Shown here: positions 21,751-35,375 of the stretch, piece after piece
Numbering within the stretch: the first letter of the stretch is position 1
Layout of the letters: each line of letters opens with the position of its first letter
DNA from: Thraustochytrium aureum
Taxonomy: Eukaryota
Reading direction: 5' to 3'
Length of the DNA stretch: 64,000 bases
Assembly: GCA_012862495.1 (NCBI GenBank)
Contig: BLSG01000345.1
Coordinates: forward strand, 65,624 to 129,623
The notes under the pieces: generated by a model
Databases searched by the model: none
The model's input: the letters and a program-made list of their open reading frames with translations, nothing else
What the model was told of the DNA's origin: nothing
Program-made: the position numbers and the translations under genes

Positions 21751-23086
21751 CTATTGGCCGGCAGCTTGCGGCGTTGATTGAGGCTGCATTTGCTGCTTTT
21801 GCGCTTCAGTTCCATTGGTGCCAGTGGCAAGACTAGCCGGCTGCGTGCTTGGTGGCCCGCCGTCCTGCGCCGGCGCTTGCGCGACGGCAGGNNNNNNNNN
21901 NNNNNNNNNNNNNNNNNNNNNNNNNNNNNNNNNNNNNNNNNNNNNNNNNNNNNNNNNNNNNNNNNNNNNNNNNNNNNNNNNNNNNNNNNNNNNNNNNNNN
22001 NNNNNNNNNNNNNNNNNNNNNNNNNNNNNNNNNNNNNNNNNNNNNNNNNNNNNNNNNNNNNNNNNNNNNNNNNNNNNNNNNNNNNNNNNNNNNNNNGTAC
22101 TTGATGTTGTCATCGACGTCGAGCTGAAACTTTTGCGGCGCGCAGACCTCTTCCTCCACCTTGTGAAACTGTGCGACAAAGGGGTGCTCGAGAAGGTCCG
22201 TCACCGAAGGTCGCTTCGACGGGCTAAAGTGCAAGCAGCGGCGGATCATGTCCAGCGCGTCCTTTGGCGCATTCGGCAGGAGCGTCTCAAGTGTCTTGCC
22301 GGAAGTGGACTTGGCCAGGCTCTCGAGCATGTTGACTGCGAAGGGTGACTGGATGGCGCCAATGTCCTCCTTCGAGGGCATGCCGGTGATCTCGATGATT
22401 CGCTCGAGCTGGTTCATGGTTGACGTCCCGGGAAACATCGGTTTACCCAGGATCATTTCGCCAACGATGCAGCCGATAGCCCAGATGTCGACCCCTTTGG
22501 TGTACTTTGTAGACCCCATGAGGATCTCGGGTGCGCGGTACCAGCGCGTGGCCACATAGTCGGTGTAGGCAGGGTTTTGCACCTCGGTCTCCGCGATGGA
22601 CCTGCAGAGCCCAAAGTCACACACTTTGAGCTGGCAGTCCGCGTTGAGAAGGAGGTTGCTAGGCTTGATGTCGCGGTGTATCAGGTCCCCGGAGTGCATG
22701 AACTTGAGCGCCTTGAGCGACTGGTAGATGATAAACTGTTTGTGGACTTCCTCCAAGATGTTGGCCCGGATCACGGCGTGCAAGTCAGTCTCCATATAGT
22801 CAAAAGTCAAATACAGGTCCTTGTCATTCTCGGCGCGAATCACGGACTGCAGCCGGATGATATTGGCGTGCCCCTTTCCAGCTCCAAGTTGGAAGAGGTA
22901 TTCGCACTCCCGAAACGTGCGCTGCGAGTCGGTCGCGTTGCGGAACGCGTCAAAGCACTTTTTCAAGGCTACGGTCTGCTTGGTGCGCTTGTCAACTGCC
23001 TTCCATACAATCCCGTACGCGCCTTTGCCCAGCCGCTGGCAAATGTCAAACTTGCGCAGCACGTGGGCCTCGATATCGTCCGACAT
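21751..23086 (-). CDS. MAPK15: MAP kinase ERK7/8 (MAPK15) family; C-terminal tail crosses gap 21892-22096, stop uncertain
   Basis: MSDDIEAHVLRKFDICQRLGKGAYGIVWKA, KKCFDAFRNATDSQRTFRE, HRDIKPSNLLLN, DFG and TDYVATRWYRAPEIL activation motif. Confidence 0.9.
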
Positions 23087-24211
23087 CTCTCCCGCAGCCC
23101 CGGTACCGTCGCCGCCACCGGCCTCGTGCCTGCGGCCTGTCACCTGGCAGTCTCGCTCTGGCGATGCGCTCCAAATGCGGTGTCTCAGCCGCAGCCTCCA
23201 CCTTCCGGCGAGGCCTTTCGAGTAGAGGCAGCCGTCAGGAGCCGTGCGCGATCCTCAACCGCCAATCCGTGCCGTGCGGCCTGGCGGCGATCAACACGAC
23301 CGCGACGCGATGCAGTACTTGGTGTGCCTGGCGCCTCGCAGGTCCGGCGCGTCGTTGCATGCAGCACTGCCTGCGCTTCCTGAACTGCAGCAATACTTTG
23401 CCTTGCTCGCTCGCATCCAAACCGCAGCGGTCAACGTCTCTATCGGCAACCTTTGCCCGGTCAGTCAAGGTCGGCCAGCGCATTAAAGACCTCCGCCCGC
23501 AATTGCCGCTGGCCTTGCCCGCCCTCCGCCGCTCCGGCGCCGAGGCAGGCAGGGACATCAAGTGCCAGGACCTACCGGACAAATGGCCACCTTGGCTTTA
23601 ACCGCGAGTCGGGCGTAAGCTACGCGGGTAAGTTACAACAGAAACGTACTTTACGCAGCGCCGCATGAACTCGTGTCGTGCAGAACGCGATCGATCGATG
23701 GGATGGAGGCGTCAGGCGGCCGGGCTGTCGCGGACCGAAGGCTGACGAACGCACTGACGTAACAGGCGGGAGACGCGGCAGGCGCGCTGGGCGCTGGCCG
23801 TGCTGACGCGGTTGAGTTCGCGTCGCTGGAAGTGGCTGTCTTGTTGGCGCTGTCAAATTTGCATCGCAATTCGCCGCGCTTGCCTCTGCTTGGGCGGCTT
23901 GGCGTCGCGCTGGAGGCTGGCCGTGCTGGCGCGGAAGGAGCCGCGTCGCACTTGAACACGGTCGCCTCAGCTTGGCTGCTTGGCGCGAGCGGGGCTGACG
24001 CGGCAGGGCTTGGCCCGGCCCGCTTGAAGCTGGACGCTGCCTGCACGACCAGGCTCGAGGTCGTGGTCGTCGAGTCCGACGAGCACGCCGAGGCGCGTTG
24101 TTGGACACGGCACGGCTTGCCTTCTCGCACCAGGGTGCGGCAGCAAGGCGCCGCAACACTGCAGGCCCTGGCTGGGGCCCGCGATTCTCTCGGGGCCAAG
24201 GCGCGCTCGTC

Positions 24212-26134
24212 ATGAAGCGCGCCCCCAGGACCACGGGCAAGTCAGCGACCAAACGGAAGAAGGGCGCCCCCAAAGGCGGTGCCTTGAAAGGCCCGCTCGA
24301 GGAGCTTGTCGTCGTGTTTGGGCCTGGGGGGCGTGATATGGACAAAGGGCTCGTCGAGATCTGCTCAGAAAAGCTCAGCCTGCTCGGCGCCAGGGTCGAG
24401 GCGACGTGGGTCGCGGCTGCAACACACTTGGTCGCATCGCCATTCGCGAGCGAAGAGACCATCGCCGCGTTTGTGGATGATGCCTTGCTGGATGGGGTCA
24501 AGGTAGTGCCCTTCGCTTGGGCCAAGGCCCTTGCGACTGGCGGCGGCGCCGTCCCTGACGCCAGTCTGCCCGAGTTTGACTGGCAGAAACTACGACGCAC
24601 AGCTGCCAAGGTGCAAGCGCGCGAACAGGCTGCTCCAGGGGCAACAACTCGTGTGGCCGGGCCTCCCCCCAGTGAAGGTTCGAGCGCCGACGTGAGCCAG
24701 GCGGCCAGTTCGGCCTCCCAAGACCAGCACAGCATGGCGGAGAGCGACCAAAGCTGGCTCGCTCGCATCCCGCCCACGTATGCTCAGTCTTGCGCCGCGT
24801 TTATGGCGCAGGGCGAGGCGTTGGGGATCAAGCTGCCCCGCACGCTCACACCGTGTGCTTCGACCAATGCTGCTGGGGCGCAAGAGCCTGGCCAAATCCG
24901 CGGCGTTCAGAGCGGGAGGAGGGTGGCCACCGCAAAGGAGGACTACATGGCATTTCGTTCGGGCTCGGAGCTGGTTCGTCCCAACCTCAACCAGCACATC
25001 ACGCGCGAGCTGGAGCGGCTCGAAGAGTACTACAAAGCGACCAAAGACTCTGGGGGCTGGAAGGCCAACTCGTACAAAAAAGCGATCGACATCCTGAAAG
25101 GGCTCCAGTTCCGGGTTGTAGACGCCTCACAGGTGGCGTCGTACAGGGGCATCGGCCCGAAGCTCCGAGACAAGATCGACGAGGTGATCCGCACCGGACG
25201 ACTCGCAAAGGCCGACAACGTGGCCAATTCGGAACAGGCACTTGCAATAAAGGCCTTCACAAAAGTGCACGGGATCGCCAGCGAGAGCGCCATGCGGCTG
25301 TACGCCAAGGGGATGCGGACCATCGAGGACCTGCGCTCGCCGCGCGGGCTGGCGCTGCTAACGCGTACGCAAACGATCGGGCTGCAGTTCTACGAAGACC
25401 TGCAGGAGCGAATTTCGCGCGACGAGGTTCGCGCCATAGGCGACTTTGTCATGGCTACAAGTCGCGAGGTGTGGCCGGACAAAGACGTCTTTGGCGAGGT
25501 CGTGGGCTCGTACAGGCGCGGCAAAGAGACGTGCGGTGACGTCGACATGATTTTCACGACGGCCGATCTCGCGGGGTGCCCCGACATTGAAGAGCTTCTC
25601 TCGGCACTGCACAGGAAGCGGTTCCTCGTTGCTGACCTTACCAAGCGGCGCACAGCCGAGGCCGGGAAGAACATGTACGGGCAGGTCAAGGAGAAGCAAA
25701 TGTACATGGGCATCTGCCGGCTTCCGTCCGGTCCTGCTGGCCTCGAGGAGCCGCAGCGCCGGCACCTGGCGCGCCGCATCGACCTTAAGATCTACCCGAG
25801 GGAGATGTTTGCCTTTGCGCTAATCTACTTTACAGGCAACGACCACTTCAACAGGTCGCTGCGGCACTATTGTAAGGTGAACGGAATGTCTCTAAGCGAC
25901 GAGGGACTTTTCGCGACCGTGCGCGACGGGGCGTCGCGCGTCGCCAAGAGCGACACCCCGCTGGTGCAGTGTCTCACGGAGCAAGAGGTGTTTGAGCACC
26001 TCGGTTTTCCGTACAAGGCCCCCAACGAGCGAAACTGCACTGACCAGGGCGCCGAGCAGGCAGCCGCCGTGAAGCAGTGGCGGGGGAGCTCGGCCCTGCA
26101 CGCGGCGGCAGTCAACGCGGCGCAGTCGGCCTAG
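24212..26134 (+). CDS. POLL: DNA polymerase X family (lambda-like) with N-terminal BRCT
   Basis: BRCT-like ATHLV...KVVPFAW; lyase-domain HhH RGIGPKLRDKIDE; VGSYRRGKETCGDVDMIF; RRIDLK; YFTGNDHFNRSLR; EQEVFEHLGFPYKAPNER. Confidence 0.93.
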   Translation: MKRAPRTTGKSATKRKKGAPKGGALKGPLEELVVVFGPGGRDMDKGLVEICSEKLSLLGARVEATWVAAATHLVASPFASEETIAAFVDDALLDGVKVVPFAWAKALATGGGAVPDASLPEFDWQKLRRTAAKVQAREQAAPGATTRVAGPPPSEGSSADVSQAASSASQDQHSMAESDQSWLARIPPTYAQSCAAFMAQGEALGIKLPRTLTPCASTNAAGAQEPGQIRGVQSGRRVATAKEDYMAFRSGSELVRPNLNQHITRELERLEEYYKATKDSGGWKANSYKKAIDILKGLQFRVVDASQVASYRGIGPKLRDKIDEVIRTGRLAKADNVANSEQALAIKAFTKVHGIASESAMRLYAKGMRTIEDLRSPRGLALLTRTQTIGLQFYEDLQERISRDEVRAIGDFVMATSREVWPDKDVFGEVVGSYRRGKETCGDVDMIFTTADLAGCPDIEELLSALHRKRFLVADLTKRRTAEAGKNMYGQVKEKQMYMGICRLPSGPAGLEEPQRRHLARRIDLKIYPREMFAFALIYFTGNDHFNRSLRHYCKVNGMSLSDEGLFATVRDGASRVAKSDTPLVQCLTEQEVFEHLGFPYKAPNERNCTDQGAEQAAAVKQWRGSSALHAAAVNAAQSA

Positions 26135-26190
26135 CTCGAGCGTGGCTCTCGGCAGGTTTGCGCTGACCTACGCTGAGAGGTAGCCAAGCA

Positions 26191-26233
26191 CCTCCCTCCC
26201 TCCCTCCCTCCCTCCCTACCTACCTACCTACCT
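26191..26233 (+). repeat. (CCTC)n(CCTA)n microsatellite between convergent POLL and CDC5L 3' ends
   Basis: cctccctccctccctccctccctccctacctacctacctacct seen directly. Confidence 0.9.
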
Positions 26234-26251
26234 GTACCCGCACATGTACAT

Positions 26252-28867
<2,616 letters not shown>

Positions 28868-29715
28868 ANNNNNNNNNNNNNNNNNNNNNNNNNNNNNNNN
28901 NNNNNNNNNNNNNNNNNNNNNNNNNNNNNNNNNNNNNNNNNNNNNNNNNNNNNNNNNNNNNNNNNNNNNNNNNNNNNNNNNNNNNNNNNNNNNNNNNNNN
29001 NNNNNNNNNNNNNNNNNNNNNNNNNNNNNNNNNNNNNNNNNNNNNNNNNNNNNNNNNNNNNNNNNNNNNNNNNNNNNNNNNNNNNNNNNNNNNNNNNNNN
29101 NNNNNNNNNNNNNNNNNNNNNNNNNNNNNNNNNNNNNNNNNNNNNNNNNNNNNNNNNNNNNNNNNNNNNNNNNNNNNNNNNNNNNNNNNNNNNNNNNNNN
29201 NNNNNNNNNNNNNNNNNNNNNNNNNNNNNNNNNNNNNNNNNNNNNNNNNNNNNNNNNNNNNNNNNNNNNNNNNNNNNNNNNNNNNNNNNNNNNNNNNNNN
29301 NNNNNNNNNNNNNNNNNNNNNNNNNNNNNNNNNNNNNNNNNNNNNNNNNNNNNNNNNNNNNNNNNNNNNNNNNNNNNNNNNNNNNNNNNNNNNNNNNNNN
29401 NNNNNNNNNNNNNNNNNNNNNNNNNNNNNNNNNNNNNNNNNNNNNNNNNNNNNNNNNNNNNNNNNNNNNNNNNNNNNNNNNNNNNNNNNNNNNNNNNNNN
29501 NNNNNNNNNNNNNNNNNNNNNNNNNNNNNNNNNNNNNNNNNNNNNNNNNNNNNNNNNNNNNNNNNNNNNNNNNNNNNNNNNNNNNNNNNNNNNNNNNNNN
29601 NNNNNNNNNNNNNNNNNNNNNNNNNNNNNNNNNNNNNNNNNNNNNNNNNNNNNNNNNNNNNNNNNNNNNNNNNNNNNNNNNNNNNNNNNNNNNNNNNNNN
29701 NNNNNNNNNNNNNNN

Positions 29716-30493
29716 GTGCTCGATTCGTTGGGCCTTTCCGCGCTTTGCAATCTGCTCGGCCTCGGGGGACAGAGGAGCCTTCCGCCATTAGAGGAGGAGG
29801 AGGAAGACCTCACCGACCTGCCCCCGCTCGAGGACCTGGGCGGGCCGAGCTCGCGGCCTCAAGTCGCCGAGCTCGATGCGGCAGCCGCCTGCGGCGGTGC
29901 TGAATCGCTTGGTGCGGCTGCAGGGCCCGGCCTTGCTGAAAGCCCCACCTTGCGGAATCGTTCGAGTGCACGTATCAGGCCCAAGGGCAAGCCGCGCACA
30001 AAGCCCAAGCGCGGCCGCGGCGCCCGCCAGCGTCGGGGCCGGCTGCTGCATCGGACCTCGCCATCGACCGCGACCGCGACGTTGACACACCAGGCCACCT
30101 TCCAGAAGCCAGCCTCGTTCCCTGTGGGCTAGCGCCAGATTTCCAGCCCCCTGAGAACTGGGTCACGTTTGACTCCGCTCTCGGGCTTGTTCCTGTAGCT
30201 TGTGCGAAGCTATGGGCTGCCCCGCCAGAGCCGAAGCATTGTACAAAGGAGAACTGCGCAGGAGGGACACGCCGACGCGAGCTTCCACCAGTGCGCAACT
30301 GGAGCCCCCTCAGTGCCGCGGACGCAGAGAGCGCCAGCAGCTCGTCTCGGCTGCGACCAGGGCGATGCCCATTGAGAACGGCCGCCGGACATCCGCGTCA
30401 TCGGTCGGGAGCATCTCTGACCCTCCGCGCTTCGTGATCCAGCACTACGTGGAGGGGGAGAGGACCGGCCAGACAGACACCACCCCTTTGTAG
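29716..30493 (+). CDS. Hypothetical protein, 3' fragment emerging from gap 28869-29715 (frameshifted)
   Basis: Open frames with coding-like codon use (LPPLEEEEEDLTDLPPLEDL...; ...FVIQHYVEGERTGQTDTTPL-stop). No recognisable domain. Confidence 0.3.
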
Positions 30494-30980
30494 TAGATTT
30501 GCCAAGCAGCTGGCCAAGACGTCGTGAATAGTGAGAAACGCAGAGCGCGAGGTTTGGCCACTCGTTTGTGATCCACGCCTGGAGGGCCCTCCAACGCGAA
30601 CTTCAAGTTCGTCGGGTCTCGAGCCGCTGCGGAGCGCGAGGTTGTGCTAGCTTTGCGCATGCAACAACATCAGTGAGCGCGCCTGCGCGTAAGCTTCCTT
30701 TTCTTGATTCTTCAATGACCGAGTTCAGCAAACTACCTGAAACCACCTTGCGCCGCCGTCCGTTGCTGAACACGACTGCTCGCAGGCGTCATCAGCGTCA
30801 AGGGCGAGGCATGAACAAGACAAGATAAGTTTTAAAAAAGTAGGCTAAGGCCAACTTTAATGCTCGCCCTCGGACGGCTTCCGAGCCCAGGCGGGCATGG
30901 TCTGCGCCACTCGCGAACGCTTGAGCGAGTGCTGCTGCCGGTCTCGCAAAGCGCTTGAAGAGGGCAAGACAGGGCGGGCC

Positions 30981-33900
30981 CTAGGGGGTCGCAGGGCCGG
31001 GTCCGCCGCCCGAGACTTTCTTGATGAGGTGCTTGTAGCGGCGAATCGGGTCAGCCATGGCCTTCTCGCGCTCCTTCTGCACTTTGGCCCTCTGGTTTTT
31101 ATCACGCCGACCCATTAGAGCGCGAACAGTATCTTCATTGCGCAGCCCCCACTCTGCCGAGAGCGAGGCGACCTCGCCGCGCTGGCTCATCGCCGAGTCG
31201 GCTGGCATGCTGTGAGTTTCGCTCTCCTCGTCGTTGAAAACAAGTTTATGAGGAAACGCGCCGCGTGGAGTGCTTGCGCCAGACGCCATCGGCCCAACAG
31301 CGCCAAGCTGGTTAGAGCTGGCAGCGTCCGGCGGTTGGTTGCCCACGTACGGAACCGTTTCGCCCCTGTACGCGGCATGCGTGATCTTTTGCAGTCGAGC
31401 CACGGCGAGCTGGTACTCGGCGTCAGCACTGTCGTCACCAAGCGGCCTAGATCCGTCGCTTTCGGGGCCAAGAAGGCCATCCGGTATCGGCACTTGCCCA
31501 TGAAAGCCGCGCGGTTGCAAAGAATGAGGCTCCATGGAGACCTTGTCAGCATCGTAGGCCGCGTGCGGCGCTGCAGAGTTCTCGAGNNNNNNNNNNNNNN
31601 NNNNNNNNNNNNNNNNNNNNNNNNNNNNNNNNNNNNNNNNNNNNNNNNNNNNNNNNNNNNNNNNNNNNNNNNNNNNNNNNNNNNNNNNNNNNNNNNNNNN
31701 NNNNNNNNNNNNNNNNNNNNNNNNNNNNNNNNNNNNNNNNNNNNNNNNNNNNNNNNNNNNNNNNNNNNNNNNNNNNNNNNNNNNNNNNNNNNNNNNNNNN
31801 NNNNNNNNNNNNNNNNNNNNNNNNNNNNNNNNNNNNNNNNNNNNNNNNNNNNNNNNNNNTCGCGGCACGTAGCCTCGAAGCGCAGCAACGCGCGCCGGAC
31901 TTGCTAGCGGGCCAGCGTCGGCGGCGTTGATCGGCATGGGGGCGGTTTCTTCGCCAAGCGGAATGGGGTCGGCGTCTTCGTCGGAAAAGTCGGCCTCAAA
32001 CTCGCCGATGTCAACAGCCTCCAGGTCCTCGTCCTCACCAGCTCGCTCGACCCCGTACCGCGCCCCCTCCAGCGCAACCCGTATCCGCTCGCGACGCGAG
32101 GCCCCTCTAAACGCAGCTTGTAGCTGCACAATCTCTTGCACGAAGGGCACGTGGAGGAACATGCGGCTTGCGTCAACGAGCTCGAGCTGTTTGAGGTGGC
32201 GCGAGAGCTGCCGAGCTCGCGCTTGCTGAGAGCAAACGGAGTCAACTTTACGCGCCGCAAGTTGATGTGCTCCAAAAGTCCCTCTATTGCATCGCTCTCA
32301 AGGGGGTTCCCGGTCAAATCCACCTCCTGGAGCCCAGGAGCGTCGTGCGCACAGCGCCGCCTCAACGACGATATTCTGTTGTGCGCAAGACCCAGCCTTG
32401 CAAGACTCGGAAGCGAGCAGCCCTCGCCCAGCAACCCCACGCCGATGAGGCTGTTGTTATTGAGGGAAAGCGTGTGCAGCCGAGGAGCCACGACCCCCGG
32501 GCTGCCGTTCCAACTTGCAATCGCTCAACAAAAGCTCCTCGAGCGATGGCGCAGGCATTCCAAACACACGAGCGCAGTTCAGTGTCGTCCCAAGGGGATT
32601 TCCCGAGAGGTTGAGCCACCGCAGCGACGTGAGCCCCGCGAGACCGTCGAGAACGGCGCCAGAAAGACGATTCCACGAGAGGTCCAAACGTGTCAGCGAT
32701 GTGCAAGCGTCAAGACTCGCGAGACTTGAAATACGATTCCGCGCAATGTCGACGGCCAATAGCGTCGACCCACGGCACCGGGAAGGAAGTGTGTCGCGGA
32801 ACCGGGTAAACACGTTTCCGCCAGCGCGCAGCTGCCTCGGAAGCCACGCGTGCCCCCACACCGCATCCTCCAAGGAATCTAGTCCGGCGCCCTCGACGTT
32901 GACCTCCTCGCCCTGTTTGGAAGCCTCTTGCAAAAGACGCGTTCGCTCTTGCTTGATCCTGCGGCACAAGGCGTCTTCCGCAGCCATCATGTCCCGCGCT
33001 TGTGAGACCGTGCGTCGTCGAGCTTGCTCTGCAGCGTCTTCCTGCAGCATTAGAGTGGTCTCCATGCGAGCGCGCTGCTGTTCGAGCGCGCGCATCCGCT
33101 GCGCGGCCAGGTCTTCCAGGCGGAACTGCCGCGCCTCCCGCTCAGCGCGGCGCACTTCGCTTTCTCTGGCTTGCCGCGAGAGTCGGTCCTCCTCCGCCAT
33201 ATTTGCGCGCTCCTTTTTGATCTCGTCGCGCAACCGCGCGGCCGCGGCGTCCTCCGCGGCCATCGCCCTCCGCTCCGCCTCTCGCTGGGCCTCTATTCGC
33301 GCTCGTTTGCGAAGTTTAAACGCTCGCAGGCGGTTTGAGAGGCCTCGCATTGCGCCTTGGATGCGCGAGACAGCCGTCCTTCGCGTTGCGCGACGGCGAA
33401 CACCCAGAAACGCGCGAACGCGTTTTTGGATTCGCACAGCGCTGTCGTGCTGCCTCCACTCGAGCTCCGCTTTTTCAAGTGCAACGAGTCGCTCTTGCTC
33501 CGCGGCCTCCATCGCCGCGCGCCGTTCCTCCTCGCGCCTGTCCATTTCTTCGGTGAGAGATCGCAGGAACGCCTCCTGCTCCTTGCGCTCCTCCTCGATG
33601 CGGCGCTTGTGCGCGTCAAGCTCGAGCCCCTTTCTTGTTGCAAAGCTCGCTCTGCAGCTCGCTCGTCTCCCTCGCGATGCTGGGCGACGCGAGCTGCTGA
33701 CCTTGGGCGCCCGTTCTGCATTCGAGGGCGCCCAGCGGAGCCAGACCCGGCCCTCTGATCTGCATTCGGCCCTTGCCCATCTTGTTGCCCGGCTTGGCCC
33801 TTGTCCTCGAGCGGTCTCCGGAATGCAGACGAAGCCTCGAGATTGTCGGGGACGGGACCCTCGCGTACTGCTGGCTCGCTGAGGTGCACTGCGTGTTGTC

Positions 33901-34438
33901 GTTGCTGGCTCCCAGTCAATGGTGGCTCCTCGAGCTGACCGGCTTGAAGAGCACAACTTGGCTCCTCCTCGCTCGCAGCTGCGGCGCATTCCGCGCTCGC
34001 TTCCGCCTCGACGCGGCACACGAGCTCCGCAACAACCTTTCCGACTTGGTCGATCAAGGCAATAAGCCGCTCTCCGTTCGCCGTGCCTGGCCCGGTCGCG
34101 GCGGCAAGCACGCACAGGTCTTCGAACTCGTCTTCGAACTTGTGCAGCTCGCACTCGCGCTCTTCCCCTCGCTGCTGCAGACTCGCCCACGCTTTGGCGA
34201 GCTCGTCTTCATCGCCCGGGGTCTTTGGCGAGGCAGATGCTAGGCGGTCGGGCGTTTGCACTAAAAGGGCTGCCTCCGAGTCCTCGGAGCACACGCTTCC
34301 GAGCTCCTCAAGTTCCGCTTGCAGCCTTCGCTCTAGCTCTTCCTCGTCGAGGACCTGCTCGAGCTGCTCCACTTCGTCCTCGTTTCCCTCGCCCCTGCTT
34401 GTTCCGCCATGGCGTCGGCCCGGCAGTGGCGGCTTCAT
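30981..34438 (-). CDS. LRRIQ1: Leucine-rich repeat and IQ domain protein (LRRIQ1-like); at least 3 frameshifts and one gap
   Basis: Acidic N-terminus (EEELERRLQAELEEL), E/R coiled coil and IQ motifs (AVRIQKRVRAFL, IVQLQAAFRG). LRRs: LTRLDLSWNRL, LRWLNLSGNPL, LHTLSLNNNSL, LGLAHNRISSL. C-terminal EWGLRNEDTVRALM resembles the LRRIQ1 EWGF motif. Confidence 0.75.
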
Positions 34439-35140
34439 GACTGCCCGGCCGCAGCGCGCCGCAGTTTCTCGCCGAGCCTCGCTGCCGGCGCCAGCGCGGG
34501 CGGGCTGCCGACCAGAATCGCCCGTCGCAAGTACCTACCCAAGCACCGAGCGCCGGTCCATGTCCTGGCGCGCCGCGAAACCCCAGCCGAGGCCCGACCT
34601 CTGGCAGGCAGACCGCCAAGCCAAATCGCAGCGCTGCGCGCGAGAAAACAACAACAACGCAGGCCGCCGCAAGCGCCGCGTCCGGCCGACTGAGCTCGCC
34701 ATGGCCGACAAAGTTACCGTTGCAGGGCACTCTCTTGTAGAGTACTGAGAGTGGAGTAACTCTGCAACCCCAAACCGAGACCCGGTCCACTTGGTCGCCG
34801 TCCGACCGCCAGGACCAAGTCCAGCAGCACAATCCCATCCCAATCCCTCGATCCCCGCGCGCTCGCAGGCAGCCCGCGCGTCCTGGCCGGCACGCCCGCT
34901 CAACAGGAATCCAGCCCGAACTTTACCGTTTCGTTTCGCTCAGCCGCAACCCAGCACCGCGCTCGCTGCTAGCGAGAGCTCCAGAGATTGGCCTCCAGCT
35001 AGCTAGAGTGGAGGCCAGAGCCTCTGGTGGCTGGCTGCCAGCGGCTCGCGTCTTCACGTGCTTCGCGAGGAGGTTGCTCAGGCCACTTCGTCGGATCCGT
35101 CGACGAGTTTGACGACCCAAGGGAATGCTCTAGAGGGTGC

Positions 35141-35248
35141 GGTAGGTTAGGTTAGCCTAGGGTTACCTAGGTTACGTTAGGTTAGCCTAGGGTGAGTTAG
35201 GTTGGCCTAGGGTGAGTTAGGTTGGCCTAGGTTAGAGGGGCTAGGGTT
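35141..35248 (+). repeat. Degenerate telomere-like tandem array (10-bp period, 20-bp unit GGTGAGTTAGGTTGGCCTAG)
   Basis: Nine consecutive 10-mers end in TAG and are built from TTAGG/CTAGG(G). The 20-mer is exactly duplicated at 35191-35230. Confidence 0.85.
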
Positions 35249-35375
35249 GCGCGGGCGTCCCAGAGAGCGAGTGCGCGGAGCTGGTGCGCGAACGGAGCAA
35301 AATCTGCCAACAATAAGCGTGAAAAGCGCCTTGGCGCGATTGAGTTGGGGGTTTTCCTTTTGTTGTTACGCGCGC

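Noticed and set aside
23235..24199. Low-complexity minus-strand ORFs and a short GCTGGCCGTGCTG duplication between MAPK15 and POLL
   Set aside because: Ala/Ser/Pro-rich with no domain; could be UTR or promoter. Cannot support a gene call.
34701..34748. 15-codon ORF MADKVTVAGHSLVEY in good Kozak-like context
   Set aside because: Too short to distinguish from chance without expression data.
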